Shown here in pieces: positions 1-11,049 of a DNA stretch of 64,000 bases. The stretch comes from Macrostomum lignano (taxonomy: Eukaryota): positions 372,001 to 436,000 of the forward strand of contig NIVC01000349.1 of NCBI GenBank assembly GCA_002269645.1, in the 5' to 3' direction. The position numbers and the translations under genes are program-made. Numbering within the stretch: position 1 is the first letter of the stretch; every line of letters begins with the position of its first letter. The notes below the pieces were generated by a model, which saw only the letters and a list, made by a program, of their open reading frames with translations, did not search any database and had not been told where the DNA came from.

Positions 1-82
1 GAAATCTGCTAGCCGAAATTTGCTAGCCGAAACCTGCTAGCCGAGGTTTGCTAGCCGAATTTTGCTAGCCGAAATCTGCTGG
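1..82. repeat. Tandem array of ~15-bp GCTAGCCGAAAT-type units (runs off the left edge)
   Basis: gctagccga recurs about every 15 nt; it is the reverse complement of the units at 765-1022. Confidence 0.85.
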
Positions 83-764
83 CTCATCAGTTCAAGTGCT
101 TGGAAAGTCAGTTTGTCATTGTGGGGGACAGAATACTCTCAAGTCGCAATCAGATAGCTCGTAGTAGGACAGTAGTTGAATTCCTTACTGAACTGTCAAG
201 GCTTAACGTTACCAGAGAAGGCTATAAAAAGTTATTCCAATTTTCCCTCACAGTTATTCCTATCACCTGATCCTTGGTCTGGGGGAATGAGTGAGTGCAG
301 TAGCACAAACAGCAGAAAAAGCAGACAAACTTCACATGCCTACAGTTTCTGTTCTAACTGAAGTACAAAGTTGAGACTTTATATTTAGACAGAGAATGAG
401 TCAACGAACAATTGTATAAAGTTTGAAGTCAATCGCTGTATACGTGGAGCAAACTTGTGTCAGCTGAAAGTTAATCAATTTTAAACCCTTTTCACACATC
501 TGTCTAGTGGCCAGGAAGGAGAGAGACGGATGTTGGGGTGGCTGTCTCGCTGACAAAAAGCAGACTAACTTTAAAAGTACACAGTGCCGTTCAGAATTAA
601 CTTCGAGACTCGAAACTTTATACGATTGTGTCAAAATAGTTGAAAATTGGATTGTGTCCAATTTGAAGAGGATTGGTAAAAGTGGAGCGACGCTATAGAG
701 GATTTAATTAAATTCTTGCGAAACTTGACAAGCAAATTGTCTCTACCTAATTACAACTTCCTGA

Positions 765-1022
765 GTTCGGCTAGCCAAATTGCTGCTTGCCGGTTTTGGT
801 TGGATTCTCGCTAGCAGATTTCGGCTAGCTAAATTCTCGCTAGCAAAATTCCTGCTAGCAAATCCCGGCTAGCAAAATTCCTGCTAGCAAATCTCGGCTA
901 GCAAAATTCCTGCTAGCAAGCTTCGGCTAGCAAACCTCGGCTAGCAGGTTTCCGCTAGCAGGTTTCGGCTAGCAAATTTCGGCTAGCAAACTTCGGCTAG
1001 CAGATTTCCTGCTAGCAAATTT
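765..1022. repeat. Tandem array of ~15-bp TCGGCTAGCAAATT-type units, inverted relative to 1-82; possible subterminal repeats of a foldback/MITE-like element
   Basis: More than a dozen gctagc-centred units, opposite in orientation to the left-edge array. Confidence 0.7.
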
Positions 1023-1183
1023 CATAGACCCGCTTAGCACAAGCTACTGAAAACCGCGTATATTGAAACCGTGGAATTTCAATCCCCGAAACTACTTTTG
1101 CATGTTTTCCAAAATCTGAAGTCATATTCCAACAAAAACTTGTCAATAGTTAAAATGGCTGGGGTGCTGCGCACCTGGAAAGC

Positions 1184-2579
1184 TCAAACTAGGGGGTGGC
1201 CTATGTACGGTTCTGCGCTCGGTGGGACAGGTCTGAAGAGTGGGAGCTTCATAGTCTGCTCAATCTTCTTCTTCAGTCCATCATCCGTAGATGGAATCGG
1301 GCGCATTTTGGCATCTAAGGCTCTCGCAAGCATGTCAGCCTTGTCAGAGTCTGTGTGTGCGAGGGTGGCGCCATCATTCACGGACGGAATAGTGGTGCCC
1401 TTTTTTCGCCCCATCAATTTTTTGTGTCTTGCCAGAAGTCCTTGACATTCCGACGCTGACTTTTTTAAACTATTTTCTCGCACAATTGGGTGAATTGGCC
1501 CTGCTCAAACGAATGAATGGCGCTTTTATTTCCTTCGCCTTCCTATTCGCGAGGAGCCTGAAGTTGTCGTCCCTGGTGCTATGGTACAGACGCCGGAGCT
1601 TTCTCCTCTCCTTGATCATAGCAATGATCCTCTGGGGGAGGGCTCTACGGCTATTTCTGAACGGGACGTTTTCCTCGATAGTCTTCTGGATCGCACCGGT
1701 GATGAAGTCAACCTCCGCATCAATTTGCTGCCTGGTTCTTAGGTCTGGAGGCCATGCATCAATCATATTTTCCATAAGGCTATTTTGGAACTCCTCCCAG
1801 TTGGCTTTAGCAAAATTTCGAGCCCTCTCTGGCCCTTGCCAGTCTGGGGAGTTACTTGCCAGGGTAAGAATAATTGGAAGGTGATCGCTATTCAGGTCGT
1901 CACCCACTTTGAAGTTCTGGATGTAGGGGCCAAGGTCACTGGAGGCCAGACCTAGGTCCAGCACATTCCGGGAGACTGTTCCTTGTCGATGGGCTATTCT
2001 GGTGAACTGACCTGGTTGGTTTAGAACGGTGGGACGGTTTGCAGGGTCGCCGCAGAGCCAGTCATGAAGTTGCTGGCCAGCCCTGTGATTGCGACTCTCG
2101 CCCCCCAAGAAATTGTGCCTGGCGTTGAGGTCTCCCAAAATAAGAGAGTACTTGGCCGAGGACAACCGAGTCAAAAGCCCGACATCAAGGTTGTCCGGCG
2201 ATGGAGACCGATAAATCAAGGCCAGCTTGAAAGCAGGGCAAGCGCCGTCGAGTGGGGTGACTGTGCAGGTAAGGACCTCATGGTTGACATTGTCATACGA
2301 GAGCTGGACGTCGGCTACCTTAACCCGAGGGGTGTGTACGAGGAGGAGTCCGCACTTCGTATTTGGTAGGTCAAACCGCACTGCAGCATAGCCCGGGAAT
2401 GTGCATACTTGGGTACTTTTCAGGATGGTCTCAGAGAACAGCGCAATATCTAACTTCTGGTCTGAGACCCAGAGCCTAAGTTCTTTTAGTTTCGGTATTA
2501 TCCCCCTGCAATTTAGGTGGGCGATCTTGAGCCCTGAGGCAGTGGGGTTAGAGCTATTATGCCCGTTATTACCGAACAT
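1184..2579 (-). pseudogene. LINE ORF2 N-terminal part: APE endonuclease plus linker, frameshifted near 1420-1520, no RT domain
   Basis: LKIAHLNCRGI, LFSET, ILGDLNARH, SDHLPI motifs; the linker continues in other frames (DFWQDTK/KLMGRKK). Confidence 0.88.
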
Positions 2580-2603
2580 TGCTAATTTTATCCCGTTCTA
2601 GGT

Positions 2604-5600
2604 TCAGCCGTCCGCCTGTCGCCGGGGGGCGCCAAGCAGCTGACTGAGACCTTGGTGATCTTCCGACTCTCCTGCTAGGGCTTTGGCCAGAACCCTACCT
2701 ACTACATCCTGCATCGTTTGACCGGTGCCTTCAGTAGTAGGCGGCCGTTCGGCCCAGCTCGGCAAGAAGATCGTAAGCACCTCTACGAGCGCTTGAACTA
2801 GTCTGGGAAAGAGCCCACTCACCATAGCTTCCATTGCAACTACCATATAAGGTGGCAGGTCATTGTTTGGCAACTGGTCACTTGGCGGCTGCGTCTGGGT
2901 CACGGAGTCGACCGAGTCGCGCAAAGCGCGCTTTCGACCAGGGAGGCCGGGGCCGGTTAGCCAGGACGAGTCGTCGTCAGTGCCCCCCGTGGCCGTTGTC
3001 ACCCGTGCAGCGGTCTCGATTGATCTAGACGCCGTCGCTAGAGCTGGTCGTGGTGCGGGGGCGGTTGGCACTACTGCTGCTGCTGCTGCCGTCTCCTGCA
3101 CTGCTGTTTGTGCAGCCCGCTTAGTCGCTGCTGCTGCTAATATTGGTGGCGGGGCTGCCTCTTGCACTGCTGTCGTGGCTTCCCGGGCGCCAGCTTGGAA
3201 GGCTGCAGCACGCCGGGCCGCCTGGCTATGTTTCTCAGCAGCTACAGGGCAGTTCCTGTAGTGGGCTCGATGGGCCTCGCCACAGTTTGCGCATTTGACC
3301 GCCTCCGGTTTCGGGCACTCGTGCCAGCGGTGCGCCGCCGCACAGATGTTGCAGCGCGGAGCAGCTCGACACCGGTTTGCGCTATGGCCGAACCGCTGGC
3401 ACTTGCGACACTGGAGCGCCCTTGCCGGAGCAGCCGTCTTGCTGGGCTCGCAGACATACGTCGTGAACTGCGAAACGATGCCTGTTGCCAGGCAAGCGTC
3501 CGCAGTGGCTTTGTTAGGTAAGAATAGGCGGACGAGGTGAGCCAGCTCATTACGCGCTCGCGACGTGATGCGGCTCGCAGAGATAACTTTCAAACCTACG
3601 TCCTCCCGCAGGTGCTGAATGAATGCCGGCATCTCAATCTCGACCGTCACACCCCGGACTACTACAGAGTGCACCGATTGGACTGGAGGTGGCCGGTGAG
3701 CGGGTCTGTTGTACATTGGTCTGGCATTGGGCAGTCTACGCTTGACTGGTACGCCGTTCATGTTTGGCTCCCTCAGCGGCCCTCGGAGAAAGATCTGATG
3801 GTCTCTGGGTGTCGCTGGGAAAACCAGGTAGCCGTTCTTAGAACTGATTGGCCTGGTCAGCGTTGCTCGGGCGTTGCCCTGAAAGTTGGACGCCAGCCAT
3901 TTAAGGAAGTTAATTTGGCTGAAGCTGCTGTCGCCGGTGTCACCGTCGAAGTTGAAGACGACTGGCACTACGTTCTGCAGGCCTGGCGCAGCATTATTAC
4001 TATTGTTCCTTGTTTGATTATTAATATTACAATTTTGACCCGCAGCCGACGCATATGAGCGCCCGTCGGGGATGATAGGCCGTTGAGCTGCGCCACCGCG
4101 CCCCGCACCAACGTTGCCGCTTTGGTCTTGTACTTGGTTGCGGGAACTGCCAAGCGCAGCAGGGCCGGGCGCGCCGGCCGCCCCACTACTGCCTGGTTGC
4201 CCGGTCGCCACGCTCGTCCGGGAGCCCGACGTACCAGGACCGGAGTCCGCCCCGCCTCTGCCAGGCCCATCCCCGACGGGTGCTGCTGCCGCTGTCGTGC
4301 CTCCGTGCCCTGGTGTGCCGACGCCAGGTGGATGAGTCACCCTAAAGGTGAGTGATATACGTACACCCTCCTGGACGCCGACTCCTGGGACACTGTGCTT
4401 GCATTTTCTTTGACAGGCCCCTGACATAATAATTACAGAGCCTGGTTTGGTTTCAAACTGCGCTACCACACGTTGGGTGACGTTCTCCTTCACCAAGAAC
4501 TGACGGACGGCGCCTAGGGAGACCGTAGCAATATAAGGGTCTCTACCGAGTTCCGGCTCGTTATCCGCATGGTAGGGTATATGGTCGTCTGCCGTTTCAT
4601 AGAAGTTGATTAGGCAGCTATTAAACTTTGGTGCATTAATATTGGCATTGAATTCTAGATAGTCCCGCATGTCCTCCACCGCCGGATGCCATTTCAGGTT
4701 GGCGCCGAGGGGGACACCGGAGTATGAGTAGTCCGGACCAAACCATACGACACGGCGTTGCTCGTGCGGCCTATGATGCACGGCGATTGGCAGGAGATCT
4801 TTAATCAGCCTGTCGTAGATGTCCGATGCTACACTGCCTAGCAAGTTGGGATAATACTCTAGGCGGACATCTTGGCTAAGCAGCTTGATTGTCGATCCAG
4901 ATTTGTCCGCGCCTCTTGGAAAAGCAATTGGATTGACATATGGCATGTTGCTATTTTCCGCGTCCAGGTCAACATTGTCATCACGTGCCGAATCTGCCAC
5001 AGAGGCAGAATCAGATTCGATAGCTGCTGCGGCTGCGCTGGGGTCTTCGGAGCCGGCTTGGCCAGCCCCTTACAGCACAGCGGCAGAGCCGCTATCTGAC
5101 GTATTCGATCTGGCACTGTCCGGTGACCCGTGCTGCTCTGCCGTGATGGCGAGGACCGAAGACTTTGGTATTGTGGACGCATTAATACAGCTTGGTTGCT
5201 CTGCAGGTACTTCGGCTAGATTTGGCACTGAAGCCGGCGTTGCTACATCTGCCTTTTCCCTGGGAGATGGTGGCGTATCAGATGGCGGTGCTGGTGCGCA
5301 GTCCATACCTGCCAGGCAGCTAAGGGCTGCTAGGCTGTACGGAGCATCCGGCGGGATGCTGTCGGCACTGCTTCTGGAGGCCCAGTTGCTGTTGGGCTCC
5401 TTACTGACCACACCAGTATCACCAGAGGTAGTTGCGGCGCCAGAAGGACCGGCGGGCGGCCGTACTGGTTTTTTGCCTAGGCCTAGCAGATTTCGGCCAA
5501 AGGCCTCCATCTTGTCGACCGATGATCGATTGTCAACTCGCTTGGCCGCAGGAAGGCCGGAAGGTTTAGCAATTTTGGTAGGTGGGATCTGTTTGCTCAT
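2604..5600 (-). pseudogene. LINE ORF1 (~998 codons, one in-frame TAA at 5070-5072): low-complexity N-terminus, AlkB domain, RRM-like region, 3x CCHC
   Basis: ORFs 5070..5600 and 2604..5000 are in frame (23 open codons between them). Knuckles: CRKCQRFGHSANRC, CNICAAAHRWHEC, CANCGEAHRAHYRNC. Confidence 0.85.
4335..4868 (-). CDS. AlkB-family (ALKBH2/3-like) 2OG-Fe(II) dioxygenase domain inside LINE ORF1
   Basis: NSCLINFYETADDHIPYHADNEPELGRDPYIATVSLGAVRQF ... KHSVP ... RISLTFR: HxD...H iron triad and RxxxxxR 2OG-binding motif are present. Confidence 0.92.
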
Positions 5601-5866
5601 TTCTGCTACTATGAATGCAAACTATAAAATAGAACTAAAACTAGCAGCTCTTTTCACAAAGATTAGAACTGGGGGAGAGCAGAGTGATGAGCAGTCAGAG
5701 TCGCAGACCTTTTCAATATTGGATATTCTTTGCCTTGTAGAGGAATTTTTTTCTCGCGCGCAGACGGTCTCCGGAGAAAAAGGAAAGGAAAAATACCTAA
5801 TGCCTATTGATGCAAGTTAATTAAAGAAGAAGGCAGGAAAGCTGCTCAGCAACTAATTGATAAATA

Positions 5867-6879
5867 TGAAGTATAGGTGTCTTGCTGCTTCCCAATCAGT
5901 CGCGAGAGCTGCCTACCTTGAGCTCCTCTGGGAAGTCTCCGGGTTGATCTAGTAGCGTCGGTAGTGCTGCCACCAGCTTCGCAGAGTCGCAGCCTTCGGT
6001 GAGGTGCTGAGCTCGTAGAAGCAAATAACTAAGACGAGAAAAAGAGACTCGCACTTCGTGCAGATTTAGCACTTCTCGCGCAGAGGCGCCCACCGTCAGC
6101 AGTCCCTGCCGGGCTAGTGCGGGGTGAGAGCGAAAGTGCTAGCTTCGGGCGATCTGAGCTGGCCTGCTAATTGATAGCAGGAACAATCAGAGGCAGTCAC
6201 GCGCAAAGTCGGGAGTCTTGGAGTTAAACTTAAGCGCAAACTTGGCACACAACTTAGTGTTCGCTAGAAACGAAAACGGAACGCGGAAAACGTAGAAGGG
6301 TTGTCTGAGCCAAGCCATGAGAGGGGCTGCATTTATAGGGAGGATCGATTGCACCATATTACGAAAGGCCCCCGCTGAGAGTCATGAGTGACTCTGTTGC
6401 TATTTTTAGCAACAAACAAGCGGGTCCTGCCTCAGAGGAGGCAAGGGGGGGTCTGGGCGCACGTGATCTCCCCATAAACACGAGCCCAGCGTACAACGAT
6501 GAAATCATTGCACTTTGGACTAAAGAAGGAAGAGGGCCTTGTCATGTGACTGGCTCACATGACAAGGGGAAAAGGCCCACAAGTGAAGGCACTCGTGACC
6601 GTGGGACCGGAAAACGGAATGGCACTCCAAATTTGGAGATGCCAAACAGAGAACGAAACAGAGGCAGGCCAGACCAAGCTGTCCTGGCACTGCAAAAGGG
6701 AGAACGAAGCAAAAGGGGGCAAACGAGGACAAACAGACAGACAGGCAAACGGACAGAGGACAGGCCAGAGGACAGGCGGGAGGGACAGGCAACTGCCCAG
6801 CGGCAGACAGAAACCTGGGGAGAAGGCGAGGGCAACAGCTGACTAGTGCGGCGCCTAACTAAACTAGCGACTCACTACA
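5867..6879 (-). repeat. 3' LTR (1013 bp) of the Gypsy element, with TATAAAT on the minus strand at 6331-6337
   Basis: 5867-6097 and 6846-6879 match the other LTR almost exactly (two substitutions seen). Confidence 0.88.
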
Positions 6880-6887
6880 CTCTCCCC
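6880..6887 (-). promoter_or_regulatory. Polypurine tract (GGGGAGAG) abutting the 3' LTR
   Basis: ctctcccc lies directly next to the LTR end ...cactaca. Confidence 0.8.
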
Positions 6888-6910
6888 GTTCAAATAAAGA
6901 GGCGGAGTGA

Positions 6911-9900
6911 AGCAAACCAAACCTGCCAGTCGGAGAAGGAGTTGAGGACGAGGCCGGGTCTTCGGAATCCGAGCTCTCCTCGGCCACCCTGGTGGGGTCT
7001 GAAGGTAAAGATGCAGGTGAGGAAGCTTCCTCCATCCTGTCATCAGAGCCTGAGGACTCTGCTGGGGGGGCCGGTGGGGGTGAGGAGGCCATGGACGTCG
7101 ACCAACTCCCATCTCCCAGTCAAGCCCCAGCGGCCTGGAACGAGGACGATCTGTTGTCCAAGTCTCCTTGATGGCCCTGGGCTCTAGCCAGAAATTGCAT
7201 TTAATACAGTATGACTAAGCTCCACGCTGCCAAAGGAGCGACATTCTGTCTGCAAATTAATTTACAGCATTGCGTATCTGCGTCGGTAAATCTGATGAAG
7301 ATTGCTGAGCTGTACAGGCCAGGCCTCATCCTGATCCAGGAACCCTGGATGCGCAACGGTAAGTTGCCCAACATTCCCTCTGGCTACTCTGATTTTTATG
7401 TGTGTGGCCCGGGGAACAGTCGCCCTAGAGCGGCTATCCTCGCTGCTAGCCATCTCCAGGCTTGGCTGAGGACTGATCTCTCTGATGGAGACCTTTGCGT
7501 CATCCAATCTAATCATTTCTCTCCGCGTACGTGTCTTGTTGCCTCGGTTTATATCCCAGGCGACAGAGACCCTGCTCCTGAGAGTTTACTGCGCCTCGCG
7601 CAGTACTGCGAGTCCCAGAACGCTGAGCTGTTCTTAGGGGGCGACCTCAACGCGCACCACAAGCACTGGGGCAGCAAAGATACCAACACTAGAGGAGAGG
7701 AGCTTCTGGCCCTCATCTCTAACACAAACCTCATGCTCTGCAACCGCGGCAGCACTCCTACCTTTAATAATGGCAGATGGACCGAGGTCCTCGACGCCAC
7801 ACTAGTTACCCCAAGACTCTTTGACAGAGTTGAGGAGTGGAGAGTCTGGTCTGAGGAGCCCTCCCTATCTGACCACTGCTTTATCGCCTTTAACATCGCG
7901 GATACTAAAACCCAGTCTCCGATCACTTGGAGACGCAATATCCGCAACACTGATTGGGCGGCCTACAAGGCTGCCCTTGATCTGCACCTGCAGGAACTCA
8001 CGGACTTACGTCCGATTGAGACCTGCGAGGATGTGGATCATATGGCTGAGACGCTGACAGGTTTCATTATTGAAGCCTACGAAGCGGCTTGTCCTGCTCG
8101 CGCTTACAAAGGCAAGACCTCGGCGCCGTGGTGGAACCCGGAGCTGGGGAAACTCAGGCGGAAGGCCAAAAGCCTTCATCGCCGTGCCATGAAGACCGGA
8201 AACCCGGAGGACATGGAGCTTTTCCGGCAAGCCTCCCGCAATTTCAAATCTGAAGTGCGCAAGGCCAAGGAATGTAAGTGGCGCCAATTCTGCAATGAAT
8301 TGGATCAAGACAGACCTACTTCTAGGCTTGTCAAGGCCCTTACAATGGACAAAATGTCCAAATTAGCCATGATCAAAAAAGATGATGGCTCTCCTACTAA
8401 AGACCCTGAAGAAGTGCTTCAGCATATGCTTAGCACATTCTTCCGAGGGTACCTACTGCTAGACCGGAGCCCAACCATTCGATGGATGGAGCCACCCTAG
8501 CGGCGGGCATTGTCACTGAAGACCTAATCGCTCGTGCGGTCAGAACCTTCAAACCCTTCAAATCTCCTGGACCTGATGGTATCTACCCTGTTCTCCTTCG
8601 TGAAGCAGCCAAGATACCCTCGTTCCTGAGACTCACCCGCAATCTTATGCGGGCCTCTATCCAGCTGGGATACGTTCCCAAATGCTGGACTGAAGCTCGG
8701 GTAGTCTTTATTCCCAAACCTGGGAAGGGTGACTACCAAAGCGTCAAGGCCTTCCGGCCTATTAGCTTAACGTCAGCAATGCTTAAGCTCACTGAGAGGC
8801 TTATTCTCTGGCGGCTGCTGTCCTGCGAGCTGACAGCGATGCCCCTCAGCAATAATCAGCACGCCTTCCGTACCGGGAGGTCGACTGACAGCGCCTTGCA
8901 TGCGATTGTTGAGAAGATTGAAAGAGCGGTACTGGGTGACGGTTACGCTCTGGCTCTCTTTCTTGACATTGTTGGCGCCTTCGACAACGTTATCTTTGAA
9001 GCGTTTCAGAGGGCCCTTCAAAATCGCAAAGCTCATGCTACCCTCATACGGTGGATCATGTACATGATCTCCAACCGTACGGTCACTGCCCAACTTCTTG
9101 GGCAAACTGCCTCCACCAGAGTCTGTAAGGGTGGACCCCAAGGCGGAGTCCTCACCCCGACGCTCTGGAACCTGGTCATGGACGCTCTTTTGAGTGACTC
9201 CCGACCCGACCCCGTCTTCAAAGTCGGGTATGCTGATGACGTCACGGCCATTGTGGCAGGACCGTCTCCCAGCACGCTCAGGGATCTGATGCAGAGCTTT
9301 ATCCGCAAAGCAGAATCCTGGGCCAATGACAATGGTCTGGAACTCTCTGAGCTCAAAACCGTTGCCATTATGTTTACCAGCAGACTACGCTGGAACATAC
9401 GTCCTCTGCAGCTCTACGGCAGAGATATTGCCTTCGCGCACCAGACCAGATGTCTCGGGGTCATACTTGACCACCGGCTCAACTGGTCCTCCCACGTGAA
9501 GGCAAAAGCCAAGCGTGCCTCAGCCATCCTGGCCCAGCTCCGACGAGCACTTGGTACTTCTTGGGGTCTATCTCCAAAGCGGCTTTGGTGGATCTATACT
9601 TCCGTAGTTAGACCTGCCATTACGTACGCCTCTGTTGTCTGGGTTAGCGCTACCCAGGTCAAAAGCCATGCAGACCTGCTCAACACGATCCAAGGCAGAG
9701 CGTGTAGGCTCATCTGCAACGCCACAAGGTCCACGCCCTTTGCTGGCATGGGGGCCTTCCTTAATCTTCCGCCTCTTGACCTCTTCATCAGGGGGGAGGC
9801 GGCTAGAACGACGCGGCGTCTAATTGATGCCGGCGTCAAATTCATTTACATGAGAGCACCTGCTAAGCGGAACCTTGTCCCGCATAGCGATCTGTGCCTC

Positions 9901-11049
9901 AACTTTCTCAACGAGTGTCAGTCCAATCGCGTCTTCACCGATGGCATTGCCTCAACGCTCAACCTGAGACAGCGCTACTCCGTAGCTATCGACTCGCGCG
10001 ATAACATCAATGACCAATGGAACCCTGGTGAGCTTCACTGCTACACCGACGGTTCTAAGCAGTCAGCCAACACCGGCTTTGGTGTTGGAATCTTTCTGAA
10101 CGGGAGGGTCATCGCTACCCACGCTCAATACACTGGGGTCAACTCCAGTGTTTTCCAAAATGAAGTTCTGGCCATCAGCTCCTGCACTGCAGAGCTTCTC
10201 GCCACTGGCGTTACTGGTAAGAACATCATTTTCCATTCGGACAGCCAAGCTGCCTTGCACGCCATCAGTGGCTGCAGCACCAACTCTGCTACAGTCCTCG
10301 ACTGTATCAAACTCCTCAACGTGTTGGGTTCCGCCAACAAAATTACCCTTAAGTGGGTTCCGGGGCATGTGGGGATCCGAGGAAATGAGTTGGCTGACAC
10401 CCTTGCAAAAGTTGGTGCCTCCGGCTCCTCTCTCGGCCCCGAACCTCTTGTCCCGATTCCTGGCTGTGTCATCGACTCGCGCATCAAAGCGTGGATCAGG
10501 ACTCAGCACCGCTCGACTTGGGCGAACCGCACGAACTGCAGGCAATCCAGAGTCGCTGTCCCTCAGCCCTCTCACCAGCTCCGGAAGCTCCTCTTGCGCC
10601 TCTCGCGCAGAGACATCCGGGCTGCCACCATGACCCTCTCTGGTCACGGCTGCTTCTCCAGGCACCAGTACCTGCAGGGCAACGCCACCAACGCCACCTG
10701 TCGTTTCTGCAACTCAGGTGACGAAACCGCTGAGCATTTCGTCAGCATCTGTCCCGCCTTCACGCGGGCCAGACTCACTTACCTCGGGCCACACACATCT
10801 ATTACTGAAGCGTGCAAACCCGAAAACTTTAATCAGCTCATGCGCTACCTTCGGGCCACCCGCAGGGCTGAACTCTCCTTTCCAGAGAGCACCATAGCTG
10901 CTGGCGACACTGGGGGACCTCCCTGGGCGGCGCCAACCCTCCGTCCATAGCGACGCGTCGGCCGTTCAGGGACTAGCGGAATGGGCGCCCGCGCCTTCCC
11001 GCTGTGTCCCCTCCGGGACAGCCCTGCAGCTAAGTCAAAGTTAGTCAAG
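6911..11049 (+). mobile_element. 5'-truncated Loa/Lian-like (R1/I group) LINE with RNase H, inserted antisense inside the Gypsy element
   Basis: ORF1 tail (6911-7171), APE-RT-RNaseH-CCHC ORF2, short 3' UTR ending in imperfect aagtc/agtc repeats. No TSD found. Confidence 0.88.
7211..10950 (+). pseudogene. LINE ORF2 APE-RT-RNaseH-zinc finger with one 1-nt frameshift near 8440-8445
   Basis: QINLQH, GDLNAHH, SDH (APE); KSPGPDGI, FRPISL, QGGVL, YADD (RT); YTDGS, SDSQAAL, WVPGHVGIRGNELAD (RNase H); CRFC...EHFVSIC. Adding one C at ttccga joins the two ORFs. Confidence 0.92.

Larger units (their letters stand above)
1184..5866 (-). mobile_element. Non-LTR retrotransposon (Jockey/I-group-like LINE) with AlkB-containing ORF1; ORF2 stops before RT
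   Basis: ORF1 has an RRM-like region and three CCHC knuckles; 25 nt downstream, ORF2 starts with an APE endonuclease. Both boundaries are approximate. Confidence 0.85.

Noticed and set aside
4885-5820. 311-aa plus-strand ORF
   Set aside because: Antisense shadow of the GC-rich LINE ORF1; no recognisable motifs.
6095-6843. DNA transposon inserted in the 3' LTR (9-bp imperfect inverted ends)
   Set aside because: Its removal does not recreate the other LTR's sequence, there is no TSD, and the block carries a correctly oriented TATA box; deletion from the 5' LTR is simpler.
6859-7112. Minus-strand ORFs as the Gypsy pol C-terminus or env
   Set aside because: The plus-strand frame 6911-7171 ends just before LINE ORF2 and fits better as the LINE ORF1 tail; no integrase motifs are present.
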